This document shows positions 21,761 to 32,084 of a stretch of 64,000 bases of DNA, piece by piece. This DNA comes from an uncultured Alphaproteobacteria bacterium (GTDB lineage: Bacteria > Pseudomonadota > Alphaproteobacteria > HIMB59). Location: NCBI GenBank assembly GCA_902621205.1, contig CACNLH010000007.1:7381-71380 (forward strand). The letters run 5' to 3'. The stretch's first letter is position 1; every line of letters begins with the position of its first letter. The position numbers and the translations under genes are program-made. A model generated the notes under the pieces. The model was not told where the DNA came from, did no database searches, and was given only the letters and a program-made list of their open reading frames with translations.

Positions 21761-22466
21761 TTTTAGGATTAGTTTCTTCTGGTGTATTGTCCTCATTTGA
21801 AATTAAAACTTTTTGAAAATTATCAAGTATAAATTGAACTGATTTGACCCCGTCATCATTTGCAGGAATAGGATAGTCAATTATATCTGGGTCACAATTT
21901 GTGTCGACTATGCCAATAATTGGGATACCTAATTTTCTAGCCTCTAAAACTGCAATATGCTCTCTATTTGTATCAATAATGAAAATTACATCAGGTGTGG
22001 ATTTCATTTCAACAATACCACCGAGTGTTTTTTCTAATCTAATTTTCTTTTTTTCTATATCTGATAATTCTTTTTTTGTAAAAACTGTGTCGTCAGAATT
22101 TAATATATTTTCGTAGTTGTTAAGTGTATTAATTGATTTTTTAACAGTGTTCCAATTCGTTATCATTCCACCTAACCATCTAAAATTTACAAAATAATTA
22201 TTAGTTTCTTTTGCTATAGATTCAATAATTTCACTGTGTTGTTTTTTAGTAGAAACAAATAGAAATTTTTTTTTATTCTTTGAGGATTCATGCGCAAATT
22301 TCAAAGCATTTTCAATTAAAGGCAGTGACTTTCTCAAATCTAAAATATGTGTACCATTTTTTTCACCATAAATGTATTTTTCCATTTTTGGATTCCACCT
22401 TTTTTTATTGTGGCCAAAGTGGGATCCGTTCTTTAAAAGATCTTCAAGTGATATTTCTATATTCAT
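21753..22466 (-). CDS. rpsB: 30S ribosomal protein S2
   Basis: HFGH...WNPKM, RWLGGMITN, VDTNCDP, PANDD. Confidence 0.98.
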   Translation of the reverse strand: MNIEISLEDLLKNGSHFGHNKKRWNPKMEKYIYGEKNGTHILDLRKSLPLIENALKFAHESSKNKKKFLFVSTKKQHSEIIESIAKETNNYFVNFRWLGGMITNWNTVKKSINTLNNYENILNSDDTVFTKKELSDIEKKKIRLEKTLGGIVEMKSTPDVIFIIDTNREHIAVLEARKLGIPIIGIVDTNCDPDIIDYPIPANDDGVKSVQFILDNFQKVLISNEDNTPEETNPKNE

Positions 22467-22470
22467 TTTT

Positions 22471-22532
22471 CCCCCGGTTAAGCTTTAGTTAATAGAAAGG
22501 AAACCTAATGGCACCGGATGTCTATTAACCTG
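22471..22532 (-). promoter_or_regulatory. rpsB leader (t44-like S2 autoregulatory RNA element)
   Basis: mRNA GTTAATAGA...TCTATTAAC 9-bp stem enclosing CCGGTGCC, followed by TAACCGG complementary to CCGGT; matches the GGU/ARC-type architecture of rpsB leaders; GGGGG SD before the ATG. Confidence 0.7.
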
Positions 22533-22574
22533 TTTTTTTTGTTGTTTTAAAGGATAAATATTAATAATCAAGAG

Positions 22575-25500
22575 TTAATTCAGTGAAATATTAAGTATTT
22601 TGTTGTTATTATGTACTCTTATGTTATTAGAAATATTAACCTTATCTAAATCTAATAGCTCATCATAGGAAATATGGTTTATCTGATTTATCAAATCATC
22701 ATCCTTTATAATGAGTAAATTATCTATATTAACGTTGTAGAAGTCATTTTTAAAAGCTGATTTAATTTTGACTTTTATATATTGTGCGTGAAGTGAACTT
22801 ATGTCAAATTTATCATCAAATAGTCTTAAATCAAAAAAACCACTTTCATTTATTACATTTAAAAGAATATATCTTTTACCATATCTAGTAGTTTTATATT
22901 GTGCTTTTACAACATAAAAATAAAAATCTTCTAAGAATTCATGTTTACTATTAATTTTTACTTTAAAAGATGATTGATTGAGTTTAGTTAATATTTTTGT
23001 TTGTTTTTTTTGAGAGTAAAGAAATCCATAGCTATCAAATTCAGCTTTTATTGGATCAACTTTGGTATAACTTTTATTTAGAAAAAAATGTTCATCAGAT
23101 ATATCATTAAATAATGTTGCTCCAGATTTTTTTTGTATAATATTTTCTACATTTGCAAATAGTTTTGATATACTCGTATTAAATGAATTTAAAGAATTTG
23201 ATAAGATAAGTTTTTCTATTTGTCTCTTATTTAGTACAGATTTGGATAATCTATCATTAAAATCTGATAGAGATTTAAATTTACCATTTTTGTTTCTTTC
23301 GAGAACTAATTCTTTCATAGACTCCTCACCTACTCCCTTTAATGCAGCTAAACCATAAATAATCTTATCTTCATGTACTATAAACTTATAATCTGAATTA
23401 TTTATATCAGGTGGTAATATTTTTAAATCTCGTTCGTAAATTTCATTTAGTATAACAAAAATTTTATCAGTGTTATTCAACGAATTATTTAGAAGCTCAC
23501 AATAGAATTCTAATGGAAAATGTGCTTTAAGATATGCTGTATAGTAAGTAATAAAAGCATATGCTGCAGCATGACTTTTGTTAAATCCATACTCTGCAAA
23601 TTTTTCAATTAAGGAAAATAGTTTCTCAGCATCTTTAGATCTAACCTTTTTATTAACAGCACCTTTAATAAAATTATCCTTTTGATTCATTAATTCAGCT
23701 TTAATTTTTTTACCAATAGCTCTTCTCAATAAGTCTGCTTGACCTAAAGTATATCCTGATATTACTTGCGCAATTTTCATAATTTGTTCTTGATAAACAA
23801 TTATTCCATAGGTTTCTCTCAAAATTGGTTCAAGTAAAGGATGGTCATATATTATTTTTTCCTCACCTTTTTTTCTTTTAATAAAGCTATCAATAAATTG
23901 CATTGGCCCAGGCCTATTCAAAGCTAAAACTGCTATAACTTCCTCTAAGCTTGTTGGTTTGAGTTTGATCAAAGTGTCAACCATAGCAGCACTTTCAACT
24001 TGAAAAACTCCACACGTATAGCCATCACTTAACAATTTAAAGGTTTTTTCATCGCTGAAAGGAATTTCATTTAAATCAATAGAAATTTGATTTTTAGCTT
24101 TTATTAATTTAAGAGTCTCATCAATTATGGTGAGATTAGCTAGGCCAAGAAAATCAAATTTTAATAAACCTGCTTTTTCACAATCTTTCATATTGTATTG
24201 CGTAGCCATTATTTCTGAGTCATCATCTTTAAATAAAGGGATATTCCCGTAAAGCTTATCTGAAGAAATAATTATTCCTGCAGCATGTGTAGATACATTT
24301 CTTAATGCGCCTTCCATTGACTCTGCTTTATCCATCATTGGAGAGTCGGCTAAATCACCTAATTGATCAGAATGATTAGCTTTCAACTCACTTATACTTA
24401 ATGGATGAACTGGATTATATGGTATTTTGTTTACCATTCTTTCTACTTCAGAGTATGGAACGCCTTCTACTCTGCCAATATCTTTTAATATTCCCCTTGA
24501 GATCATTGATCCAAAGGTAATTATTTGAGCAACATTTTGATAACCGTACTTTTTTTGTACATACTCAATAACTTCATCTCTTCTTGACTTGCAAAAATCA
24601 ATATCGAAGTCAGGCATTGACACCCTCTCAGGGTTTAAAAATCTTTCAAAAAGCAAACCATATTGAATTGGATCTACATCAGTAATTAATAAAGACCATG
24701 CAACAATAGATCCAGCACCTGATCCTCTTCCTGGTCCGACTGGAATAGAATTTGATTTAGCCCATCTAATAAAATCACTAACTATAAGAAAATACCCAGA
24801 GAATTTCATTTTTATAATAACATTTAATTCATACTCTAGGCGATCCCTATAAATTTTAGATTGACTGTTGAAATCCTCAATAGTTCTGTTAGCAAGTATT
24901 TTTTTTAATCTTAAATCTAAGCCACTTCTTGATTGTTGAACAATTTCTTTATCTTCATCGGAGTCAAAATCTGATTTGAAATTTGGCAATGTAATAGGTT
25001 TTTCTTCAATTAGAAAATTAATTTTATTTGCAATTAAATTTGAATTTTGTATTAGTGGTTTTAGATTATTACTTTGTTGATAATTTTTTGTTAAAAAATA
25101 ATTATTTTCAAGATTAAATGAAGTATTTTGTAAATATTCACCATTCTTCAAACAATGAAGTATTTTAATTGCATCATAATCTTTATCTTGTTTGTAAAAA
25201 CTAAATGAAGATAAAAAGGAATTAATTTTTGATTTTTTAGATATTTCATTTAATGGTTTATTATTCAAATTTTGATCAAATTCAAAATAAACATCATTTT
25301 TAAAGAAGTTTTTTAAAGCAGTAATTTCATCTAAAATAATTTTTAAATTATTTGTATTTACATTCAAATCCTGGAAATAACTAAATAACCCACCTAAAAT
25401 TAAAATGTTACCTTCGGAATAATTATTAATATTATTTATTGATAAATGAAATTCATTTTCAGTATTTATTTTTGTAGATAATATATTAAGATTTTTAAAA

Positions 25501-25760
25501 CCGATCTCATTTTTGCATAGAAAAGTAAGTCGCGACTTATGGTTTAATTTTGAAATATAATCAACATCTAATCCTATAATCGGTTGAATACCCTTGTTTT
25601 TACATTTTGTTGAAAATTCAAGAGCACCTGATAATAGCTTATAATCTGTTAATGCCATTGCAGGTAATTTTTCCTTCTCAGCAAAATTTACAAGATCTTG
25701 AATTTTTATATTGGACTCACAAATAGAATAATTTGAATAATTTCTTAGAGGTATTAGCAT
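22575..25760 (-). CDS. dnaE: DNA polymerase III alpha subunit
   Basis: GPGRGSGAGS, FERFLNPERVSMPDFDIDF, KFDFLGL, YGFNKSHAAAY. Confidence 0.97.
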   Translation of the reverse strand: MLIPLRNYSNYSICESNIKIQDLVNFAEKEKLPAMALTDYKLLSGALEFSTKCKNKGIQPIIGLDVDYISKLNHKSRLTFLCKNEIGFKNLNILSTKINTENEFHLSINNINNYSEGNILILGGLFSYFQDLNVNTNNLKIILDEITALKNFFKNDVYFEFDQNLNNKPLNEISKKSKINSFLSSFSFYKQDKDYDAIKILHCLKNGEYLQNTSFNLENNYFLTKNYQQSNNLKPLIQNSNLIANKINFLIEEKPITLPNFKSDFDSDEDKEIVQQSRSGLDLRLKKILANRTIEDFNSQSKIYRDRLEYELNVIIKMKFSGYFLIVSDFIRWAKSNSIPVGPGRGSGAGSIVAWSLLITDVDPIQYGLLFERFLNPERVSMPDFDIDFCKSRRDEVIEYVQKKYGYQNVAQIITFGSMISRGILKDIGRVEGVPYSEVERMVNKIPYNPVHPLSISELKANHSDQLGDLADSPMMDKAESMEGALRNVSTHAAGIIISSDKLYGNIPLFKDDDSEIMATQYNMKDCEKAGLLKFDFLGLANLTIIDETLKLIKAKNQISIDLNEIPFSDEKTFKLLSDGYTCGVFQVESAAMVDTLIKLKPTSLEEVIAVLALNRPGPMQFIDSFIKRKKGEEKIIYDHPLLEPILRETYGIIVYQEQIMKIAQVISGYTLGQADLLRRAIGKKIKAELMNQKDNFIKGAVNKKVRSKDAEKLFSLIEKFAEYGFNKSHAAAYAFITYYTAYLKAHFPLEFYCELLNNSLNNTDKIFVILNEIYERDLKILPPDINNSDYKFIVHEDKIIYGLAALKGVGEESMKELVLERNKNGKFKSLSDFNDRLSKSVLNKRQIEKLILSNSLNSFNTSISKLFANVENIIQKKSGATLFNDISDEHFFLNKSYTKVDPIKAEFDSYGFLYSQKKQTKILTKLNQSSFKVKINSKHEFLEDFYFYVVKAQYKTTRYGKRYILLNVINESGFFDLRLFDDKFDISSLHAQYIKVKIKSAFKNDFYNVNIDNLLIIKDDDLINQINHISYDELLDLDKVNISNNIRVHNNNKILNISLN

Positions 25761-26389
25761 TCTTTTATTGATTTATCTTCAATTGTATAAGACTTATCAA
25801 AAAGTGGACGAAATGAAATATCATGACTAGCTATTATTGTTGATAAATTGAATTTTTTAGAACTATTTAATATCAGATCAATTACCAAATTTGCATTTTC
25901 TTTATCTAAATAACTCGTAGGTTCATCAGCTATTAAAAGTTTAGGGCTATTCACTAGGGATCTTGCAACACAAACTCTTTGCTTTTGTCCATTTGATAAC
26001 TGATTGGGGTATTTAAATTTAAATTGACTCAAATTAAAATAGGATAATATTTTTTCAATTTTTCTTATATCGTTACTTTTTAATTTAATGTTATCGAAAA
26101 TGTTCAACTCAGATATCAGGTAGTGATCCTGAAATATAATACCTATATCATCTTTCAAAAGATCAAAGTGGTTTTTTACTAATTTACCGTCAAAGTAAAT
26201 TTCTCCAGTGTCTGAATTATCTAATCCTGATATTAAGTTCAATAAAGTTGACTTACCACATCCTGATGGACCAAATAAAAAAATATTTTGATTATGATCT
26301 ACTGATAAATTTAATTTTTTTATAACTTGAAAATTTCCTACCTTAGATAGATATGATTTAGAAATATTTTTTAATTCTAATAAACTCAT
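25754..26389 (-). CDS. lolD: Lipoprotein-releasing ABC transporter ATP-binding protein
   Basis: GPSGCGKST, LSNGQKQR, ADEPT; follows lolC/E. Confidence 0.82.
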   Translation of the reverse strand: MSLLELKNISKSYLSKVGNFQVIKKLNLSVDHNQNIFLFGPSGCGKSTLLNLISGLDNSDTGEIYFDGKLVKNHFDLLKDDIGIIFQDHYLISELNIFDNIKLKSNDIRKIEKILSYFNLSQFKFKYPNQLSNGQKQRVCVARSLVNSPKLLIADEPTSYLDKENANLVIDLILNSSKKFNLSTIIASHDISFRPLFDKSYTIEDKSIKEC

Positions 26390-27573
26390 CTTAATATTAA
26401 ATTTGGTTTAATTCTAAATATTCTCAATATTGGAATATAAGAGGCAACTAAACTTGAAAACAGAGAAATACTTACAATAAACACTATGTCGTTTAATTTA
26501 ATACTATAGGGCATTGATGTTAAATATCTTATTTCATTATTCCAAAGTTCAAAATTTAATAAATATGATAAAAAGTTTTCGACAGAGTCTATATTTGTAG
26601 ATAAAAGCAATCCTAAACAAGTACCAATAACAATAGAGAAAAATGATATGCAGAAAGAATTCAAAAAAAATATAAAACAAATTTTTGATTGCTTTATACC
26701 CAATGCTTTTAGCAAAATAATATCTTTATACTTTTCTTTAATAAAAAAAATTTGATTTGAAATTATTGTAAAGGAAGAAATTACAATAATAAAAAATAGA
26801 ATAACAAACATAACATTTTTTTCAGTAGTTAATGCTTGAGCTAAAGTTTGGTTTTGATCCTCCCATGTTGAGTAGTTTAGGCCATCTAAATCCCTATAAT
26901 CAAAGTTTTTATTATTCAAATAAACATCTATAACTTTATTGCCTATGTTATTTTTAAACTGATCGATATTGCTAAAAATAAAATATTTATCAAAGTCATA
27001 TACTCCTGTATTAAATATTCCTTTAATGGTTAATTGTCTTGAATTTAAAACAGGACCTAAAATTGTCATAGAATTTCCAGGAATATTAATTTGAATAGGC
27101 ATCCCAACTTTTAAATTTAAAGACCTCGCTAATTCAACTCCAATGAAAACCCAATTGTCGATATTTTTTTCTATTTCAAATATATTTTGATTAATTTTAG
27201 GTATTTTATAGATGTCTTCTTTATTAAGAGATTTCATTAATAGACCCTCTATACCATTTTCATTGCTTGTGATTACTCTACTTTGAAGATTTTCAACAAA
27301 AGATATTGAAGGATTTTTTTCTTGTATTTTTTCGATTTTATCTTTGTTTGCATCATAAATAGTAATATCTCCATTCACACCACTTAATGACTCAACTAAT
27401 TGCTCTCTAAAACCATTCATCACGGACATTACTGTTATTAAAATTGAAATACCTAGTATTAATGCTAGTGATGATAAAATTGTCGATACTGAGAATGCTT
27501 TATCTTTTTTAAAATTAAATATGTAGGAGAAAGATAGTTTATGGAGTGTATTGTTCAAATTCAAAATTCTCAA
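26386..27573 (-). CDS. lolC: Lipoprotein-releasing ABC transporter permease LolC/E
   Basis: LITVMSVMNGF, EKNVMFVIL, FtsX-like C-terminal TMs; start uncertain. Confidence 0.87.
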   Translation of the reverse strand: MRILNLNNTLHKLSFSYIFNFKKDKAFSVSTILSSLALILGISILITVMSVMNGFREQLVESLSGVNGDITIYDANKDKIEKIQEKNPSISFVENLQSRVITSNENGIEGLLMKSLNKEDIYKIPKINQNIFEIEKNIDNWVFIGVELARSLNLKVGMPIQINIPGNSMTILGPVLNSRQLTIKGIFNTGVYDFDKYFIFSNIDQFKNNIGNKVIDVYLNNKNFDYRDLDGLNYSTWEDQNQTLAQALTTEKNVMFVILFFIIVISSFTIISNQIFFIKEKYKDIILLKALGIKQSKICFIFFLNSFCISFFSIVIGTCLGLLLSTNIDSVENFLSYLLNFELWNNEIRYLTSMPYSIKLNDIVFIVSISLFSSLVASYIPILRIFRIKPNLILR

Positions 27574-28813
27574 TTTCTTGTTTACTTAAGAATATCTTAT
27601 CACTGTTAGACCTACTAATCAGTTCAATTTGACCTTTTTCTTTAAAATTATTCCCAATAATCAATGTCCAAGGTATTCCAATCAATTCAGAGTCTTTAAT
27701 TTTTCTTCCTATACTTAAATCTCTATCATCTAAACTAACGTTATCATATTTAGTGATAAGCAGATTATAAATACTCTCCACATCAGATATATAATCAGGG
27801 TTTGGTTTCATTATGATGTTTATTTTAAATGGTGAAATATTAATAGGCCATTTGATACCTTTATCATCATGAAATGCCTCTATTATTGCTGCTGTTAATC
27901 TGGAAACTCCTATTCCATAGGATCCCATATATGGTGTTATTCTTATTCCATTTTGATTTAGCACGAAGCATTCTAATGGCTTAGTATATTTTGTACCAAA
28001 ATTAAATATGTGGCCTACTTCAATACCTCTTCCAATTATCACATCAGATTTTGATTTATCAATCATTTCGTCAGATGCAGAATACATTGTTGTAATTTCT
28101 TCATAACTTTTTTCGTATAAATTGGAATCAACTAATTTAGAGTCATAAGCAAGTTCGCTTTCACCAGTATTAGCTAATATTTGAAACTCATGAGATAAAT
28201 CTCCACCAATGGCACCCGTCGCAGCTTTTACAGGAATCGGTTGTAATCCTAGATCTAGAAAGGTTTTTAAATAACTTCTAAAAAATTTTTTATAAGTTTC
28301 AAAAGCAGCTTCTTCGGTTAAGTCAAAACTATAGGCATCTTTCATTAAGAATTCTCTACCTCGCATTACGCCAAAACGAGGTCTAATTTCATCTCTAAAT
28401 TTCCATTGAATATGGTAGAGATATTTTGGAAGGCCTTTATAAGAATTTACATAATCAGAAAATAAATCTGTAATTACCTCTTCATTAGTTGGTCCATATA
28501 ATAAATCGTTATCATGTCTGTCAGTAATTCTTAACATCTCTTTTCCATAGTCTGCATATCTACCACTTTTTTTCCATAATTCTGAAGATTGAATAGTAGA
28601 CATTAACATTTCATTACAACCTATTTCGTCTTGATTATATCGAATAATATTCTCAATATTTTTTAGGACTTTAAAACCTAATGGTAACCATGTGTATATA
28701 CCAGAGGTGTGCTGCCTAATCATCGATGAACGCAACATTAATTGATGGGAAATAATTTTAGCTTCTTTTGGTGACTCTTTTAATGAGTTAAATAAAAGAT
28801 TTGAGAGTTTCAT
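27539..28813 (-). CDS. proS: Proline--tRNA ligase (short alphaproteobacterial type)
   Basis: GPTNEE, KFRDEIRPRFGVMRGREF, GIEVGHIF, MGSYGIG. Confidence 0.97.
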   Translation of the reverse strand: MKLSNLLFNSLKESPKEAKIISHQLMLRSSMIRQHTSGIYTWLPLGFKVLKNIENIIRYNQDEIGCNEMLMSTIQSSELWKKSGRYADYGKEMLRITDRHDNDLLYGPTNEEVITDLFSDYVNSYKGLPKYLYHIQWKFRDEIRPRFGVMRGREFLMKDAYSFDLTEEAAFETYKKFFRSYLKTFLDLGLQPIPVKAATGAIGGDLSHEFQILANTGESELAYDSKLVDSNLYEKSYEEITTMYSASDEMIDKSKSDVIIGRGIEVGHIFNFGTKYTKPLECFVLNQNGIRITPYMGSYGIGVSRLTAAIIEAFHDDKGIKWPINISPFKINIIMKPNPDYISDVESIYNLLITKYDNVSLDDRDLSIGRKIKDSELIGIPWTLIIGNNFKEKGQIELISRSNSDKIFLSKQEIENFEFEQYTP

Positions 28814-29010
28814 TTAAAGTATTCGAATATGTTATTTTCATATTTTATTATAAAAAAAGATACGATCATTGATAGAGCAAATGAAACTAAAAATTTTATT
28901 CCTAAATATGACTTTTTTGGCATACCCTCTTCGAAATCAGATCTTTTAATAGGTAATATTGTCATAAAAATAACCCACCAGATAATAAAAAGTAAAAATA
29001 AAAACTTCAT
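28810..29010 (-). CDS. Small membrane protein, DUF1467-like
   Basis: IIWWVIFMTILP...G.P; conserved position between rnj and proS. Confidence 0.7.
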   Translation of the reverse strand: MKFLFLLFIIWWVIFMTILPIKRSDFEEGMPKKSYLGIKFLVSFALSMIVSFFIIKYENNIFEYFK

Positions 29011-30665
29011 ATCAAAGATATGTGTATTAACAATTCAGGCTTTAATGAAAAATTTCTATTATAAGTTTTTCTTGAAACTTCCTCTACTAACCCGCTTAGC
29101 GAATTTTCATCTATCTCCTCCTTGATAAACAATATTTTATTTAGCAAGATATCTTTAATTTCATCTTGAATTGCTTCTTTATTGTAGGGAAAAGGGAAGC
29201 CTTTATCAGATATTTGAAATTTAATAATATCAAATTGTTTGTTTAGAATTAAATTAATACTAACTACACCATTATGAAGGATCTTTCCCCTTTCATTTAT
29301 AAAATTATCTTCTTCAATAATTAGATTTTGAACAACAGGTAGTTTTTTTATAACAAATTGTTCAATTAACTTATGATTTTTATTTACTAAATCTAATTGG
29401 CACAAATCTCCACTTAAAAGAAGATTAGTTTTTTCAATTTTTAAGCTTTTAGCTATTTCCAAATGTTTTTTTAAATGAAGATATTCTCCGTGCATAGGAA
29501 TTAAAGATTTAGGCTGAATGAAAGAGTAAAATTCTTTTATTTCATTTTTTCCTGGATGTCCTGAAACATGAACAAATTCCTCTTCATCAGAGATAATATT
29601 TAAGCCTAAGTAACTAAAAGAATTTTTTAAATACGAAATTGATTTTTCGTTGCCAGGAATTTCTTTTGATGAAAAAATTATATTATCTTTTGCACTTAAC
29701 TTAATTTGATTATGTGTATTATTCGCAATCTTCCAAAGAGCAGAGTTTTTTTCACCTTGGCTACCTGTGCAAATTAAAAGAACTTTATCTTTATTATAAT
29801 CCTGAAATTTTTTTTCGTTAAGTATTTCAAAATTTTCAATTAACTTTTCTTCTATAGCAGTATTTATAGCTCTTTTTATACTTCTACCTACGACAAATAT
29901 TTTTTTATCATGTTTAATTGCATTTGAAATAATGGTTTTAAGTCTTGCAATATTTGAGGAAAAACAAGTAACTATAATTCTACCTTTAAGTTTATTAAAT
30001 AAATTATTAAATGATGGATCTAACTCTGACTCTGAGCGTGATATCTCGTTTACACCAGCGTTGGTTGAGTCACCTATAAGTAAGTCAATATTTTCATCTT
30101 TCAATAACTGATAATTTTTGTAATCGAAGGGTGAGCCAGTAACTGGATTTTTATCTATTTTCCAATCACCTGTATGATAAATATTTCCTTCAAATGTTTT
30201 AAAAAATATACCAGTGGGATCGGGTATAGAGTGAGTTGTTGGAATTAATTGAAATGAAAAATTCTCAAATTCTACTTCTTGAAAGTCCTCAACTATTACA
30301 AATTTTTTCTCAAAATCATTAATTTTATTGAACTTATGTTTTATATAGGAAAAAGTAAATTGATTGCAATAGATTGGAAAGTTAATCTTATCAAAGTAAT
30401 ACTCTAGTCCTCCAACATGATCTTCATGCGCGTGAGTTAGTATCATTGCTTTAGGTTTAATGGATGTATTCAAAAAAATATATGGATCAGGAATAGTTAT
30501 ATCAACACCTGGGAGACTATCATCTGCAAATGATATACCACCATCAACTATTATTTGTTCTCCTTTAAAGGAGTATAAATAGTTATTACCCCCTATTTCA
30601 CCTATTCCTCCAATAGGCAAAAAATAATTGTTTTTTTTATTATTTAATAATTCTAAGTTTTTCAT
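29007..30665 (-). CDS. rnj: Ribonuclease J
   Basis: GGIGEIGGN, THAHEDH, HTGDWK, TGSQGE, HVSGH, PMHGE. Confidence 0.96.
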   Translation of the reverse strand: MKNLELLNNKKNNYFLPIGGIGEIGGNNYLYSFKGEQIIVDGGISFADDSLPGVDITIPDPYIFLNTSIKPKAMILTHAHEDHVGGLEYYFDKINFPIYCNQFTFSYIKHKFNKINDFEKKFVIVEDFQEVEFENFSFQLIPTTHSIPDPTGIFFKTFEGNIYHTGDWKIDKNPVTGSPFDYKNYQLLKDENIDLLIGDSTNAGVNEISRSESELDPSFNNLFNKLKGRIIVTCFSSNIARLKTIISNAIKHDKKIFVVGRSIKRAINTAIEEKLIENFEILNEKKFQDYNKDKVLLICTGSQGEKNSALWKIANNTHNQIKLSAKDNIIFSSKEIPGNEKSISYLKNSFSYLGLNIISDEEEFVHVSGHPGKNEIKEFYSFIQPKSLIPMHGEYLHLKKHLEIAKSLKIEKTNLLLSGDLCQLDLVNKNHKLIEQFVIKKLPVVQNLIIEEDNFINERGKILHNGVVSINLILNKQFDIIKFQISDKGFPFPYNKEAIQDEIKDILLNKILFIKEEIDENSLSGLVEEVSRKTYNRNFSLKPELLIHISLI

Positions 30666-31398
30666 TTAAAAAAATATGATAAAAAAAAATACCTAAAAGA
30701 GTTAAATCTTCTCTATAAATAAAATTAGTTTTTTTATAGTCGATACAGGTAGCATATCCACCAGTAAAAATCACTTTAAAATTTCTTTTGTAGGTAGTTT
30801 TAATTAATTTTATGTAAGACTCTATCATTATTTTGTAACCCACATTAAATCCAGACATTAGAGCTTGATTAGTATTTTTACCTATGATGCTAGATTTATT
30901 AGAAAATTTCATATTCTTTATACCAGAAGCTAAAGAAATTAGATTTTCATAAGAGGTGGTAAGGCCGGGTAATATCACACCTCCGTAATATTTCTTATTT
31001 ATGATAATATCTAATGTAGTGGCAGTGCCTAAATCAACTATGATAAAGAATTTAGATTTTGGATAAATATTTATAGCAGATAAAACATTAATAATTCTAT
31101 CTTTACCTAGCTGGCGTACATTAACTGTTTTATGAACTAAACGAGATAATTTTTTTTTATTAATGAAAAAAAAACGATTTCGATAGGGTTTTAAATTTTT
31201 AATTATAACTTTGTCTACTTCTGAGACAACAGAGCAAATATAAATTTTAGTATGAGTTTTGAGTTTATTCTTAAAAAAAAGAATGACTGATTTCAAATCT
31301 TCCTTTGAGTATCTAATTTGAGAGATTTTTTTTAAATTCTTATCAACAATTGATGAAAATTTTATAGATGTATTTCCAATATCAACTAATAAATTCAA
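30640..31398 (-). CDS. coaX: Type III pantothenate kinase
   Basis: DIGNT, LG.DR, DLGTATT, GGVILPG, TGG. Confidence 0.92.
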   Translation of the reverse strand: MNLLVDIGNTSIKFSSIVDKNLKKISQIRYSKEDLKSVILFFKNKLKTHTKIYICSVVSEVDKVIIKNLKPYRNRFFFINKKKLSRLVHKTVNVRQLGKDRIINVLSAINIYPKSKFFIIVDLGTATTLDIIINKKYYGGVILPGLTTSYENLISLASGIKNMKFSNKSSIIGKNTNQALMSGFNVGYKIMIESYIKLIKTTYKRNFKVIFTGGYATCIDYKKTNFIYREDLTLLGIFFYHIFLNEKLRIIK

Positions 31399-32081
31399 AA
31401 TAGTTCTCCAAAGAAAATATTTTTAGTTGCGTCATCTATTTTGATCTTTAAAGATAAATCTTCATTTACTGATAATATTTCAATAATATTTTTTCCAAAA
31501 ATTGGATGATTTAATTTAAAGTCCCTTAGCATATATTGATTAAGATATCTCACTAATTTCTTATTAGATATTTTTTTTGTTAAATTATGTTCAATAATAC
31601 CAATTATTATATTTGATAAATCGAGAATATTTGATTTTTCATTGATAATGCTAAATAGAGAAACTGAATCGATTATTGGAGAATTGTTTATATTTATTCC
31701 TATACCTGTTTTTAGATATGATTTTTTACCTAAGATGGTCGATTTGACAACAACACCAACTATTTTTTTATTTTTATAAAATAAATCATTTGGCCATTTG
31801 TAGTCTAGGTTAATATTAAAATTAATTTTAAAAAATTTGTGAATTATGTAACAAATATAAAAGTTATTTCTTAAAGCATGTGAAGCTTTTAATTTTTGAT
31901 TAATTGTTAAATAAATATTACCTATAGGGCTTAACCATTTTTTTTTACCCCTTCCAGTACCTTTAATTTGCTTAAAAGATTGAATATATAAATTATTATC
32001 TTTTAAAATTTTTTTATAATTATTAAAGCTAATAATTTCATCTTGTGTAGAATTAATTGAGTCAAAGATAACTTTATACAA
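31395..32081 (-). CDS. birA: Biotin--[acetyl-CoA carboxylase] ligase (no HTH)
   Basis: STQ, Q..G.GR...W.SP.GN, KWPNDL, GIGINI. Confidence 0.88.
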   Translation of the reverse strand: MYKVIFDSINSTQDEIISFNNYKKILKDNNLYIQSFKQIKGTGRGKKKWLSPIGNIYLTINQKLKASHALRNNFYICYIIHKFFKINFNINLDYKWPNDLFYKNKKIVGVVVKSTILGKKSYLKTGIGININNSPIIDSVSLFSIINEKSNILDLSNIIIGIIEHNLTKKISNKKLVRYLNQYMLRDFKLNHPIFGKNIIEILSVNEDLSLKIKIDDATKNIFFGELF

Positions 32082-32084
32082 TTT

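Noticed and set aside
25300-25760. Loss of PHP metal ligands in DnaE (PLRNYSNYS, TDY)
   Set aside because: An inactive PHP domain is ordinary in proteobacterial DnaE enzymes that rely on DnaQ.
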